Origin: Alistipes sp.
GTDB taxonomy: Bacteria; Bacteroidota; Bacteroidia; Bacteroidales; Rikenellaceae
Length of the DNA stretch: 64,000 bases
Assembly: GCA_020026415.1 (NCBI GenBank)
Contig: JAHHQL010000004.1
Location: 22,959 to 86,958 of the forward strand
Reading direction: 5' to 3'
Shown one piece after another: positions 38,285-47,455 of this stretch. Under the pieces are notes generated by a model. The model did not search any database. It had not been told where the DNA came from and saw nothing but the letters and a program-made list of their open reading frames with translations. The translations under genes and the position numbers were made by a program. Numbering within the stretch: the stretch's first letter is position 1; every line of letters begins with the position of its first letter.

Positions 38285-39613
38285 TTAATATTTGTAGTTG
38301 ATCCACTTGAGGATCTCCTTGATGCCGGGTTTTTTGCCGTACATCAACACGCCCACGCGGTAGATCTTCGAGGCGAACCACACCATGACGACAAACGACA
38401 GGTAGAGCAGCACGAGCGAGAAGATGACCTCCCACATGGGGATCTCGTAGGGGATACGCGCCATCATGACAATGGGCGAGGTGAAGGGTATGATCGAGAA
38501 CCAGAAGGCCACCGACGAGTTGGGATCGTTCATGACGACCATCGAGATGATGAGGGCAAGGATGATCGGCAGGGTGATGGGTGTCTGCAACTGGGCGGAG
38601 TCCTGTACGCTCTCGACGGCGGAACCCACGGCGGCGAACATTGCCGAATAGAAGAGGTAGCCGCCCAAGAGGAACAGCGTGAGGAATCCGAAGATCTTCG
38701 CCAGATATGCCGTATCGGTTGCGGTGGTCACGGCCTGCAACATGTCGGAGTCGAGATTGGCGTTCATGGCGACCAGTTCGGCGGAACCGCCTTGGTGGAC
38801 GGCTTCGACACCCTGCATGATGTCGTCGGGCATCATCGTCGGGATCAGTACCGAACCCACACCGAGTACCAATACCGCCCAGATCAGCAACTGCGTCAGG
38901 GCAACCGAGGCCACACCGAGAATCTTGCCCATCATCAGATCGAACGGACGCACCGACGAGACGAGTACCTCCATCACGCGGGAACTCTTTTCTTCGATGA
39001 CCGCCTGCATGACCATCGAACCGTAGATCAGGATGAACATATAGAGCAGGAAGCCGAGGATGTAGCCGATGACCGATGCGGCGGCGGTGGATTGTGCCTG
39101 CGTGTCCTCCTCCTGCGATTTGTCGTTGCGGAAGACCTGCATCGTCACGGGACTTTCGACCTCCTTGAGGATGGTTTCGAGGTTGTCGATGTTGTACCCC
39201 TTGAGTTTTTCGGTCTCGATGTAGTCCTGGATTTGGTCGCGGATCTCGTTTTCGAGTTTCATCGACGAGGAACTATTGGCATAGAGGCGGATGTCGCTCT
39301 GGTCGGTCATGATCTCGGAGCCGATGTGCAGAATACCGAATTTGTCGGTCATCAGACTGCGGGCCTCATCGACTTTGACATCGCTCGGTGTGAATTTCAG
39401 CGACGGGGTGTTCTTCAGATGCGGGGCGATCAGACGGCTGTCGTCGATCACCACGACCTCTTTTTCGTCTCCCGTGGCGTAAACCATGACGAGTGCCGGA
39501 ACGACCATCAGGGCGATCATCAGCACGGGCATCAGAAGGGTGGTCAGAATGAATGATTTTTTGCGGGCGCGTTCGTTGAACTCGCGCTGCATGATGAGAA
39601 ATATGTTGCTCAT
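38285..39613 (-). CDS. ABC-2-type transporter permease (NatB-like)
   Basis: 442 aa. N-terminal TM helix, a large extracytoplasmic loop and a C-terminal multi-TM domain. Lies 13 nt downstream of the ATPase gene. Confidence 0.85.
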   Translation of the reverse strand: MSNIFLIMQREFNERARKKSFILTTLLMPVLMIALMVVPALVMVYATGDEKEVVVIDDSRLIAPHLKNTPSLKFTPSDVKVDEARSLMTDKFGILHIGSEIMTDQSDIRLYANSSSSMKLENEIRDQIQDYIETEKLKGYNIDNLETILKEVESPVTMQVFRNDKSQEEDTQAQSTAAASVIGYILGFLLYMFILIYGSMVMQAVIEEKSSRVMEVLVSSVRPFDLMMGKILGVASVALTQLLIWAVLVLGVGSVLIPTMMPDDIMQGVEAVHQGGSAELVAMNANLDSDMLQAVTTATDTAYLAKIFGFLTLFLLGGYLFYSAMFAAVGSAVESVQDSAQLQTPITLPIILALIISMVVMNDPNSSVAFWFSIIPFTSPIVMMARIPYEIPMWEVIFSLVLLYLSFVVMVWFASKIYRVGVLMYGKKPGIKEILKWINYKY

Positions 39614-39626
39614 GGTTGTTCGGTTT

Positions 39627-40550
39627 TTAGAGTTTGCCGTTCACGGCACGGATGAAAATGTCGTTCATCGAGGGGATGATCTCGCGGAACGAACGCAATT
39701 CGACCAGATCGTTCGTGCGGGCGATGACCGTTTTTAAGTCCTCGTTGCGTTCGACATGGAATTTGAGGGTGTGCAGTTCGCCGAAAGACTCCTCTTCGGA
39801 GGGGAGAATCTCGCCGAAACGGGTCAGATTTTCCGTAAGTCGCTCCTCGTCACCGCGGAACTGCACCTCGAAGATGTTCGCTCCGTGGCGGCGGCGGATC
39901 TCTTCGGTCTGACCTGAAAGGATGTTGTGCGATTTGTTGATCAGTGCGATGTGGTCGCAAAGTTCTTCGACGGATGCCATGTTGTGGGTCGAGAAGATGA
40001 TCGTTGCGCCCTTTTTGTGCAGACGGAGAATTTCGTCCTGAAGCACCTTGGCGTTGATGGGGTCGAAGCCGGAGAACGGCTCGTCGAAGATGAGCAGTTC
40101 GGGTTCGTGGAGCACCGTGGTGATGAACTGCACTTTCTGTGCCATACCTTTCGACAATTCATCGACCTTCTTGTTCCACCACTCCTCGATGCCGAAACGC
40201 TCGAACCACTCCTTCAGACGCATCAGTGCGTCGTGGCGCGAGATACCTTTCAGACGGGCGAAGAACAGTGCCTGTTCGCCGACTTTCATTTTCTTGTAGA
40301 GTCCGCGCTCTTCGGGCAGATAACCGATGCGGAAGATGTCTTCGGGACTCAGCGCATGGCCGTTGAACAAGACGCGACCCGTGTCGGGTGCCGTGATGCG
40401 GGTGAGGATGCGGATCAGTGTGGTTTTGCCCGCACCGTTGGGACCCAAAAGACCGAAGATCGATCCTTTGGGGATGGTGAGGGACACGTCGTCCAAAGCC
40501 TTGTGGTTGGTGTATTGCTTCGAAACGTGTTCGATCGAGAGTAAATCCAT
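39627..40550 (-). CDS. ABC transporter ATP-binding protein (NatA-like)
   Basis: Walker A GLLGPNGAGKTT, signature LSKGMAQK, Walker B LLIFDEP. Confidence 0.93.
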   Translation of the reverse strand: MDLLSIEHVSKQYTNHKALDDVSLTIPKGSIFGLLGPNGAGKTTLIRILTRITAPDTGRVLFNGHALSPEDIFRIGYLPEERGLYKKMKVGEQALFFARLKGISRHDALMRLKEWFERFGIEEWWNKKVDELSKGMAQKVQFITTVLHEPELLIFDEPFSGFDPINAKVLQDEILRLHKKGATIIFSTHNMASVEELCDHIALINKSHNILSGQTEEIRRRHGANIFEVQFRGDEERLTENLTRFGEILPSEEESFGELHTLKFHVERNEDLKTVIARTNDLVELRSFREIIPSMNDIFIRAVNGKL

Positions 40551-40576
40551 AGTTTATGGTGGTTTAAATGATTTTG

Positions 40577-40584
40577 CAAAGATA
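40577..40584 (-). promoter_or_regulatory. -7 box TATCTTTG upstream of the ABC ATPase gene
   Basis: Exact TAnnTTTG on the reverse strand, 26 nt from ATG 40550. Confidence 0.55.
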
Positions 40585-40613
40585 GAATTTTTCCGAAATA
40601 TGTCGTTTCCAAA

Positions 40614-40644
40614 CAAAAAATCGGCAGATTGATTCTGCCGATTT
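40614..40644 (-). terminator. intrinsic terminator after nrnA
   Basis: Reverse strand: AATCGGCAGA-ATCAAT-CTGCCGATT followed by T6. Confidence 0.8.
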
Positions 40645-40657
40645 CGGGAATCGGGAT

Positions 40658-41692
40658 TTATTCGGCGTCGAGGTTGCCCTCTTCGACAAATTCACGCACG
40701 GAACGCACGTAGTGTTCGATGGTCTCCTCCATCGTCACGAACGACTTGCCGCCCGCGGCGTTTTTGTGGCCGCCGCCGCCGAAATATTTCCGTGCGAAGA
40801 TATTCACATTGACATTGCCCTTCGAACGCAGCGACACGCGGATGAATTTGCGGTGCTGGGTGAACATCGCCGACATGACGACCTCCTTGATCGAGAGCGG
40901 GTAGTTCACAAAACCCTCGCTGTCGCCCTGCTGGAACTGGAACCGCCGCATCTCGGACTCCTTGAGCGACATGTACGCCACACGACCGCCCTCGAAGATC
41001 TGCATCTTGCGGTTGATGCAGTAGCCGAACAGACGCGCACGCCCCTCGGTGTAGGAGTTATAGACGCGGTTGTGGAGTTCGGGGATGTTGATGCCGCGCT
41101 CGATGAGCGTTGCCACGCAACGGAACAATTCGGGCGTGAGGTACGAGAAGGCGAAGTTGCCCGTGTCGGTCATCATGCCCACATAGAGCGATTCGGCGAT
41201 CTTTTTGGTGATCTGCTCCGAGCCGAACATATCCTCGATCAGGGCATAGACCAGATAACAGGTCGAACACATGTCGGGATAGGAGAACGACACGTCGAAC
41301 TCGGCGGGTTGGAGGTGGTGATCTATGAGGATACGCTTGGCGGAGGTGTTGGCGGCGATGATGTCGGAGAGGTTCTCCAGACGCGACAGCGTGTTGAAGT
41401 CGAGACAGAAGATCAGGTCTGCCTTTTCGACCGCCTTGGCGGCGCGTCCCTGCTCATCGGTCTTGAAAACGACCAGTTCGTCGATACCGTCCATCCATTC
41501 AAGATAATAGGGGTATTTGGTGGGAACGATGCAGGTCACCGTATGCCCCAGCGTGCGCAACATTTCGGCCCATGCGATCGACGAGCCGATGGCATCGCCG
41601 TCGGGATTGGTGTGGGCAACGATCACGATATTCTGACCCGGCGGCGTGATGAGTTTGAGCAACGCCTCGGTTTTTTCTTTCGGAAAATTCAT
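40658..41692 (-). CDS. nrnA: DHH/DHHA1-family oligoribonuclease / pAp phosphatase (NrnA-like)
   Basis: Start taken at ATG 41692 (MNFPKEK...); the track ORF over-extends. AHTNPDGDAIGS (DHH) and GGGHKNAAGG (DHHA1) motifs are present. Confidence 0.88.
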   Translation of the reverse strand: MNFPKEKTEALLKLITPPGQNIVIVAHTNPDGDAIGSSIAWAEMLRTLGHTVTCIVPTKYPYYLEWMDGIDELVVFKTDEQGRAAKAVEKADLIFCLDFNTLSRLENLSDIIAANTSAKRILIDHHLQPAEFDVSFSYPDMCSTCYLVYALIEDMFGSEQITKKIAESLYVGMMTDTGNFAFSYLTPELFRCVATLIERGINIPELHNRVYNSYTEGRARLFGYCINRKMQIFEGGRVAYMSLKESEMRRFQFQQGDSEGFVNYPLSIKEVVMSAMFTQHRKFIRVSLRSKGNVNVNIFARKYFGGGGHKNAAGGKSFVTMEETIEHYVRSVREFVEEGNLDAE

Positions 41693-41725
41693 TTCTAAAA
41701 CCTTTTTCGGTTGAGTCTTTCTTGA

Positions 41726-41733
41726 CAAAGATA
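41726..41733 (-). promoter_or_regulatory. -7 box TATCTTTG upstream of nrnA
   Basis: Exact TAnnTTTG on the reverse strand, 33 nt from ATG 41692. Confidence 0.55.
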
Positions 41734-41767
41734 TGAAAAAAACTCTGAAAATTACAATCTGTTGTCC

Positions 41768-41775
41768 TATATTTG
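41768..41775 (+). promoter_or_regulatory. -7 box TATATTTG upstream of the HAD hydrolase gene
   Basis: Exact TAnnTTTG, divergent from the nrnA promoter. Confidence 0.45.
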
Positions 41776-41932
41776 CAGGTAAAGGGCTCTGTTTTTCACC
41801 CGATTGTGGCGGTCGGGAATCCTGCTTCGGTCCGCAAACCGACAAAAATGGCGGATTCTTTCCCAAAAAAACACCCGGAAAGAGGAATCTTCGCCGAAAA
41901 ATCTTATCTTTACACATTAAATGTGCATCACC

Positions 41933-42778
41933 ATGGAGAATAAACCACTGACCATCGCTTTGATCTACGATTTTGACGGGACGCTGGCTCCCGGCAACAT
42001 GCAGGAGTATGATTTCATTCCGGCCGTCGGAAAGAGCAACAAGGAGTTCTGGACGGAATCCAACTCGCTGGCCGAAGATCAGGATGCCGACGGAATCTTG
42101 GCGTATATGTGGCGCATGTTGCAGGCGGCACGTTCGAAGGGATTGTCCCTAAGGCGCGAGGCGTTTCAGGAGTCGGGACGCGGTGTGGAACTCTTCGAAG
42201 GGGTACGCGAATGGTTTTCTCGTATCAACCGCTACGGCGAGCAGCGCGGTATCCGCATCTGGCACTACATCAATTCGTCCGGCCTGAAGGAGATCATCGA
42301 GGGTACGCCCATTGCGGGCGAGTTCCGCAAGATCTATGCCTGTTCGTACCTCTACGATGTGGACGGCATCGCCTACTGGCCTGCCGTGGCGGTCAATTAC
42401 ACGAACAAGACGCAGTTCGTCTTCAAGATCAACAAGGGCGTGGAGTCGGTGTACGACAGCCGCGAGGTCAATCGCTACATTCCCGAAAAGGAACGCCCCA
42501 TCCCGTTTGCGCACATGATCTATGTGGGTGACGGAACGACCGACATCCCCTGTATGCGTCTGGTGAAGAGTTCGGGCGGGCATTCGATTGCCGTGTATAA
42601 TCCCGCGAAAAGCGGGGCGCGCCGCGAGTTGTCGTCGCTGATCCACGACAACCGCGTGAATTACGTCTGCGCCGCCGATTACCGCGAAAATTCCGAGATG
42701 GATACTCTGGTGAAAACCATCATCGACAAGATCGCGCTGGACGACCGTCTGGAGCGGATGAAGGTCGCCGTAAAATAA
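41933..42778 (+). CDS. HAD-superfamily hydrolase
   Basis: Motif I YDFDGTL and motif III VGDGTTD. Start could be ATG 41933 or ATG 41921. Confidence 0.8.
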   Translation: MENKPLTIALIYDFDGTLAPGNMQEYDFIPAVGKSNKEFWTESNSLAEDQDADGILAYMWRMLQAARSKGLSLRREAFQESGRGVELFEGVREWFSRINRYGEQRGIRIWHYINSSGLKEIIEGTPIAGEFRKIYACSYLYDVDGIAYWPAVAVNYTNKTQFVFKINKGVESVYDSREVNRYIPEKERPIPFAHMIYVGDGTTDIPCMRLVKSSGGHSIAVYNPAKSGARRELSSLIHDNRVNYVCAADYRENSEMDTLVKTIIDKIALDDRLERMKVAVK

Positions 42779-42801
42779 GCATATAAACAAAAAAAGATAC
42801 A

Positions 42802-43383
42802 ATGGAACTGATATTTGCAACAAACAACGCCCATAAAATCAGCGAAGTGGCTGCCACGTTGGACAGTCGCTACCACATCGTCACCCTCAAGGAGTGCGGC
42901 ATCACGGAGGATATTCCCGAAACGCATCCGACCATCGAGGGCAATGCCTCGCAGAAGTCGCACTACATCTACGAGCGCACGCACCGCAACTGCTTTGCCG
43001 ACGATACGGGTCTGGAGGTCATGGCTCTGGACGGCGCACCGGGCGTGCGTTCGGCACGCTATGCGGGCGACCGGCACGATTTCGATGCCAACAACCGCCT
43101 TCTGTTGAAGAATATGGAGGGCAAAACCGACCGCCGAGCACGTTTCCGCACGGTCATCTCGCTGATCTTGGACGGTGAGGAGCATCTCTTCGAGGGGGTC
43201 GTCGAGGGACGTATCATCGACCACGAGGTCGGTACGGGCGGATTCGGCTATGATCCGATGTTTGTTCCCGACGGTTACGACCGTACGTTTGCCGAGATGA
43301 CTGCCGACGAGAAGAACGCCATCTCGCACCGCGGACGCGCCGTGAAGAAATTGGCGGCATATTTGCAATCTATTGAAAAATAA
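42802..43383 (+). CDS. rdgB: non-canonical purine NTP pyrophosphatase (RdgB/HAM1 family)
   Basis: 193 aa with a typical N-terminus ([12 protein letters not shown]) and GFGYDPMF motif. Confidence 0.93.
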   Translation: MELIFATNNAHKISEVAATLDSRYHIVTLKECGITEDIPETHPTIEGNASQKSHYIYERTHRNCFADDTGLEVMALDGAPGVRSARYAGDRHDFDANNRLLLKNMEGKTDRRARFRTVISLILDGEEHLFEGVVEGRIIDHEVGTGGFGYDPMFVPDGYDRTFAEMTADEKNAISHRGRAVKKLAAYLQSIEK

Positions 43384-43385
43384 GG

Positions 43386-43393
43386 TACTTTTG
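43386..43393 (+). promoter_or_regulatory. -7 box TACTTTTG 6 nt upstream of the folE ATG
   Basis: Exact TAnnTTTG immediately after the rdgB stop. Confidence 0.45.
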
Positions 43394-43399
43394 CACCCT

Positions 43400-44014
43400 A
43401 TGGAACACGAAATCAGCAATTACCTGAAGCAGGAGCACTACAATCCCGATAAGATTGAGGCCCTCAAACAACATTATAGAGCCATCCTCGAACTGTTGGG
43501 CGAAGATGCCGACCGCGAGGGGCTGTTGAAAACTCCGTTGCGCGTGGCGAAGGCCATGTCGTTCCTCACGAAGGGATATGAGGAGGATCCGATGGCCATC
43601 ATCCGCGGTGCCATGTTCAAGGAGGAGTACAAACAGATGGTTTTGGTCAAGGACATCGAACTCTACTCGATGTGCGAACACCACATGCTGCCCTTCTACG
43701 GCAAGGCACACGTCGCCTACATTCCGAACGGCTACATCACGGGTCTGTCGAAGATTGCCCGCGTGGTGGAGACCTTTGCACGCCGCCTGCAAGTGCAGGA
43801 GCGTCTGACGGTACAGATCCGCGACTGCATTCAGGAGGCATTGAATCCGATGGGTGTGGCGGTGGTGGTCGAGGCGAGCCACATGTGCATGCAGATGCGC
43901 GGTATCGAGAAACAGCAGTCCGCAACGACCACTTCGGCCTTCACGGGGATCTTCCTGTCGGATCACCGCACCCGCGAGGAGTTCATGAACCTCATTTCGC
44001 ACAATTACAGATAG
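43400..44014 (+). CDS. folE: GTP cyclohydrolase I
   Basis: Start taken at ATG 43400 (MEHEISNY...). Motifs [14 protein letters not shown] and CEHHMLPF are present. Confidence 0.94.
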   Translation: MEHEISNYLKQEHYNPDKIEALKQHYRAILELLGEDADREGLLKTPLRVAKAMSFLTKGYEEDPMAIIRGAMFKEEYKQMVLVKDIELYSMCEHHMLPFYGKAHVAYIPNGYITGLSKIARVVETFARRLQVQERLTVQIRDCIQEALNPMGVAVVVEASHMCMQMRGIEKQQSATTTSAFTGIFLSDHRTREEFMNLISHNYR

Positions 44015-44040
44015 TTATCCGTCCTTCGGGACAACGCATA

Positions 44041-44084
44041 AAAAAAGGAGAAAATTCCCCGAACGGGAGTTTTCTCCTTTTTTG
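44041..44084. terminator. bidirectional terminator between folE and mscL
   Basis: AAAGGAGAAAA...TTTTCTCCTTT stem flanked by A6 and T-runs. Confidence 0.8.
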
Positions 44085-44098
44085 TTCCACGTGGAAAC

Positions 44099-44527
44099 TT
44101 ATTTGCGCTCTTTCAACAGGTCGCGGATCTCGGTCAGCAGCACCTCCTCCTTCGAGGGCGCGGGTGCCGGAGCGGGTTTGGCGGCCTCTTCCTTCTTGTG
44201 ACGGTTCGAGATGCGCTGGATGAGGCTGACGAACACGAAAATCGAGAAGGCGATGATCAGAAAATCGACCGTCGTCTGGATGAATTTGCCGTAGGGCAGG
44301 GCGGCCTCGGTGATGCCTGCCGCTTCGTCGGCTTCGCGGATGACCCATCTCAGATCCGAGAAGTTCACTCCGCCGCCGATCAGACCGATCAACGGCATGA
44401 TGATGTCGTTCACCAGCGAGGTGACGATCTTGCCGAATGCACCGCCGATAATCACACCGACTGCCATGTCAAGCACGTTGCCTTTCATGGCAAACGCCTT
44501 GAAATCCGATAGAAATTTGCTTTTCAT
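44099..44527 (-). CDS. mscL: large-conductance mechanosensitive channel
   Basis: 142 aa with a typical MscL N-terminus ([27 protein letters not shown]). Confidence 0.94.
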   Translation of the reverse strand: MKSKFLSDFKAFAMKGNVLDMAVGVIIGGAFGKIVTSLVNDIIMPLIGLIGGGVNFSDLRWVIREADEAAGITEAALPYGKFIQTTVDFLIIAFSIFVFVSLIQRISNRHKKEEAAKPAPAPAPSKEEVLLTEIRDLLKERK

Positions 44528-44553
44528 GCGTATGTGGGTTTAAATGTTGTGTG

Positions 44554-45201
44554 TCAGAGTTTGCGGCTTGCCACGATCACTTCGGCGGTGGCAAAATCCT
44601 CAGGGTAGTCGATGTCGAGTCCTTCGATGCGGTCCACGACCGACATGAACGGATGATCGCCGATGCGTTGGTGGCGTTCCACCCACAATGTGCGCGGGAA
44701 GATGAAGAATGCACTCGTCTCGATGTAGATCGGTTCGAGGGTCTGGGTGCGCGGGATGTTGTCGAGCGAGTAGTTCAGCGGACGCCCCCGATACCATGTG
44801 TAGGTGCGGATGCACTCGGCACTGAACGAGGAATCGTATGCCCCGGACTGCACTTCGCGGATGGCACGCGAGATGGTGTCGGCCTTGATGAAAGGCGAGG
44901 TGGCGTGTGCCAGCACGTAGAGGTCGGCTTCGACCTCGCTGACAAACGCATCGTAAATTTCGGCACCGAGTGTCGTGTTTTCGTCCAGACGTTTGTCTCT
45001 TTTGAGCAGACGAACGCCTTGGGGAAGATATTCGCGGATCTCCTCCGAACTGCAATATACATAGATTTCGTCCAACTCCTTGACTTGGGTCAAAGTCCTC
45101 AGGATGTGACACATCAGCGGTTCGCCGCCCAACAGGCGGAGGTTTTTTCCCCGAACGCGCTGACTGTTCAGACGAATGGGTACAAAGGCAACGGTTTTCA
45201 T
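44554..45201 (-). CDS. acylneuraminate cytidylyltransferase-family (CMP-sugar synthetase-like) protein
   Basis: 215 aa. The N-terminal VAFVPIRLNSQRVRGKN motif is typical of CTP_transf_3. Confidence 0.8.
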   Translation of the reverse strand: MKTVAFVPIRLNSQRVRGKNLRLLGGEPLMCHILRTLTQVKELDEIYVYCSSEEIREYLPQGVRLLKRDKRLDENTTLGAEIYDAFVSEVEADLYVLAHATSPFIKADTISRAIREVQSGAYDSSFSAECIRTYTWYRGRPLNYSLDNIPRTQTLEPIYIETSAFFIFPRTLWVERHQRIGDHPFMSVVDRIEGLDIDYPEDFATAEVIVASRKL

Positions 45202-45215
45202 AGTCGGAAGGTGTT

Positions 45216-46184
45216 TTATTGAACCAGAAGATTGCAGCCGCGGATGTCGCTGTGGGCGATGCGCCCCTCGATTTCGAACGAGCCGTCACGGTGGACGATA
45301 CCCGCATCTTCGGTTTGGATGAAGGCACACGACCAGCGGTTCGCAAGGTCGATGATGTTCAGTCCGCCGCGCTCCTCCTTTTCGAGCAGGGCGAACGGGT
45401 CGTTGATGTCGCGCGTTACGACCTGCATCCATCGCGGACAGTAGAAGCGGTTGTGTCCGTGAGAATAGGCCTGCGAGGTGAGTTCCGCCATGCCGTATTC
45501 CGAATGGATCTCTTCGACGCCGAACGCATCGCACAGGATTTTGTGGAACGCTTCTTTCGAGATCTCCTCGCGGTAGCCTTTCATGCCGCCCGTCTCCATG
45601 ACGATGGTGTCCTTGAGTTTCGGGGCGTACTCCTCGGCCAGATCCCACAATGCGTAACTTACGCCCAAGAGAATCTTGGGCTTCGGATCGGCGGCCATGT
45701 CCTTCAGCAGGCGTTCGTGGTCGTCGAGGTAGAATCCTCCCGAACCGCACGCCTTGATCAGTCGGTCGGCCATATAGACCAGCGACGAACCTTTACGGCG
45801 CAGGTAATTCGGCAGGAGCGCATAGAGGCTGAGCCTGCCGGGGTCGCCGTAGAAGGTGCGGAATGCTTCGGTAAAGGCGCGTTCGTAGAGGGCGAGCGAG
45901 CGCATCGGATGGCGTGACGAGGTCATGCCTGTGGTGGCCGAAGAGGTGAAGACCGCTTCGGGAGCCTTGTCCCCGCAATAAACCTCGTGGGTCTTGAACA
46001 GGGAGATGGGCATAAACGGGATTTCGCGAAGGGAGCCTACCTGCATGGGGTCGATGCCCAATTCGCCGATATATTGGCGGTAGGGCGGAGTGCGGAGTGC
46101 TTGGTCGCGGAAAATCTCCATCGCCGTGTGTTCGAACTCTTCGTCGGTCGAAATTCGGAATATTCTGTCGTGGTTGTTCATCAT
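45216..46184 (-). CDS. LuxE-like acyl-protein synthetase / adenylate-forming enzyme
   Basis: 322 aa with an AMP-binding-like FTSSATTGMTS motif and METGGMKG. Lies 14 nt upstream of the cytidylyltransferase gene. Confidence 0.7.
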   Translation of the reverse strand: MMNNHDRIFRISTDEEFEHTAMEIFRDQALRTPPYRQYIGELGIDPMQVGSLREIPFMPISLFKTHEVYCGDKAPEAVFTSSATTGMTSSRHPMRSLALYERAFTEAFRTFYGDPGRLSLYALLPNYLRRKGSSLVYMADRLIKACGSGGFYLDDHERLLKDMAADPKPKILLGVSYALWDLAEEYAPKLKDTIVMETGGMKGYREEISKEAFHKILCDAFGVEEIHSEYGMAELTSQAYSHGHNRFYCPRWMQVVTRDINDPFALLEKEERGGLNIIDLANRWSCAFIQTEDAGIVHRDGSFEIEGRIAHSDIRGCNLLVQ

Positions 46185-46187
46185 TTA

Positions 46188-46195
46188 CAAAGGTA
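46188..46195 (-). promoter_or_regulatory. -7 box TACCTTTG 3 nt upstream of the LuxE-like gene ATG
   Basis: Exact TAnnTTTG on the reverse strand. Confidence 0.45.
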
Positions 46196-46237
46196 GCGAT
46201 TTTTTCCGTTCCCCGACTCTCGATTGTCGAAATTGTC

Positions 46238-46698
46238 GGCCGGGGGCGGAGGATCGGGTGCAGATCGGGCGGTCGGAGGGGTGTGTGGAGGGGCGGTTTT
46301 ATGCGGTGGCGGCGGTGGGTATTGCGGTGCTTTGTTGCGCGCGGGTATCGGGAGGCGGATGAGGCGGGCACTCCTTATAAGATGTACAGAAACAGACTGA
46401 CCGCCTTTCCCTCGGTCGGTCTTTCACTCACACAGCCCGTTTTGCTGCCGTTTTCGGCAGCCTGCTCTCAAGCCTATCCGCTCACTTGCGCTTGCGCCCG
46501 CGCCCGTCCTCCTCTTCGTCCCTCGTGCCCGCATTCGTTCTCCGCTCTCTTCCCCGTTCGCGTCCTTGTCCGCTCTTCTTCTTGTCCTGCCCTCGTTGGT
46601 TCATCCGCCCGCTTATACCTGTTTTTCTCCAACTCTGTCTTGCACACAGCCCTGTTTGCGCCTGCTTATCCGCGTGTCTGTCTGCCTTGCCGCCCGCC
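46238..46698. repeat. strand-skewed non-coding tract: G-rich 46238-46370, then C/T-rich 46400-46698
   Basis: Composition is visibly asymmetric. It shares GCGGGCACTCC / GGGCACTCCTT and GCCCGTCCTCCT strings with the 34389-34549 spacer. No credible ORF. Confidence 0.65.
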
Positions 46699-46742
46699 CC
46701 AAAAACACAAAATTCCCGACCGTATCTCTCGGTCGGGAATTT
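46699..46742 (-). terminator. intrinsic terminator ~95 nt after infC
   Basis: Reverse strand: AAATTCCCGACCG-AGAGATA-CGGTCGGGAATTT followed by TGTGTTTTT. Confidence 0.8.
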
Positions 46743-46834
46743 CTGAAAAGCCCGTAACTCACTATGCCGCAGAGTAATCCCTTTCGGGAAGACCCCTGCC
46801 GCCGACAGGCTTTGAATATGTATGTGCGAGAAGA

Positions 46835-47455
46835 CTACTTCTTGCCCTTGGGAGCAAGCATCATGTTCATCTTCTTACCGTCCAATTTGGGCATGGCTTC
46901 AACCTTGGCGAACTCTTCCAAATCGGTTGCAAAACGCAACAGAAGAATCTCACCCTGCTCCTTGAAGACGATCGAACGTCCGCGGAAGAACACATAGGCC
47001 TTCACTTTCGCACCTTCCTTCAGGAAGTTCTGCGCATGCTTCAACTTGAAGTTGTAGTCATGGTCGTCGGTCTGCGGGCCGAAACGGATCTCCTTGACAA
47101 CCACTTTGACCTGATTGGCCTTGATCTCCTTGGCCTTCTTCTTCTGCTGATAGAGGAATTTCTGGTAGTCGGCAATGCGGCATACCGGAGGATCGGCCTT
47201 GGGAGAGATCTCAATCAGATCCAACTCCATCTCATCTGCCAGACGAAGAGCCTCGCGCGTGGACATCACCTTTGCTTCGGGGATGTTGTCGCCGACAACG
47301 CGGACTTCGGGGACATTGATTTGATCGTTGATACGATGCGGATTCTCTTTGTCGGAGGGTTTACGTCCGAAATTGTGATCTTTTTTTACGACCGGTTTCG
47401 GTCGGTTATTCCCGGGGGTAAAAGGCCGCTGCGGGAATGGTTTGGGTGCTGCGAT
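46835..47455 (-). CDS. infC: translation initiation factor IF-3 (inferred non-canonical ATC start)
   Basis: The conserved IF3 N-domain ([18 protein letters not shown]) is encoded upstream of the first ATG/GTG/TTG (GTG 47269). The frame is open up to a TAA at 47468-47470. The only near-cognate candidate is ATC at 47455. Confidence 0.85.
   Translation of the reverse strand: MAAPKPFPQRPFTPGNNRPKPVVKKDHNFGRKPSDKENPHRINDQINVPEVRVVGDNIPEAKVMSTREALRLADEMELDLIEISPKADPPVCRIADYQKFLYQQKKKAKEIKANQVKVVVKEIRFGPQTDDHDYNFKLKHAQNFLKEGAKVKAYVFFRGRSIVFKEQGEILLLRFATDLEEFAKVEAMPKLDGKKMNMMLAPKGKK

Noticed and set aside
46482-46604. 40-codon - strand ORF (MNQRGQDKKKSGQGRERGRERRTNAGTRDEEEDGRGRKRK), considered as a possible degenerate L35-like basic peptide
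   Set aside because: It lies downstream of the infC terminator and shows no similarity to the L35 N-terminus (MPK...). Its charge pattern is explained by the G/A skew, and I found no start context.
46097-46777. 226-aa + strand ORF, and nested ORFs, across the skewed spacer
   Set aside because: Its composition is Arg/Cys/Pro/Ser-rich and low-complexity, driven by the C/T skew. It runs through the infC terminator and has no promoter box.
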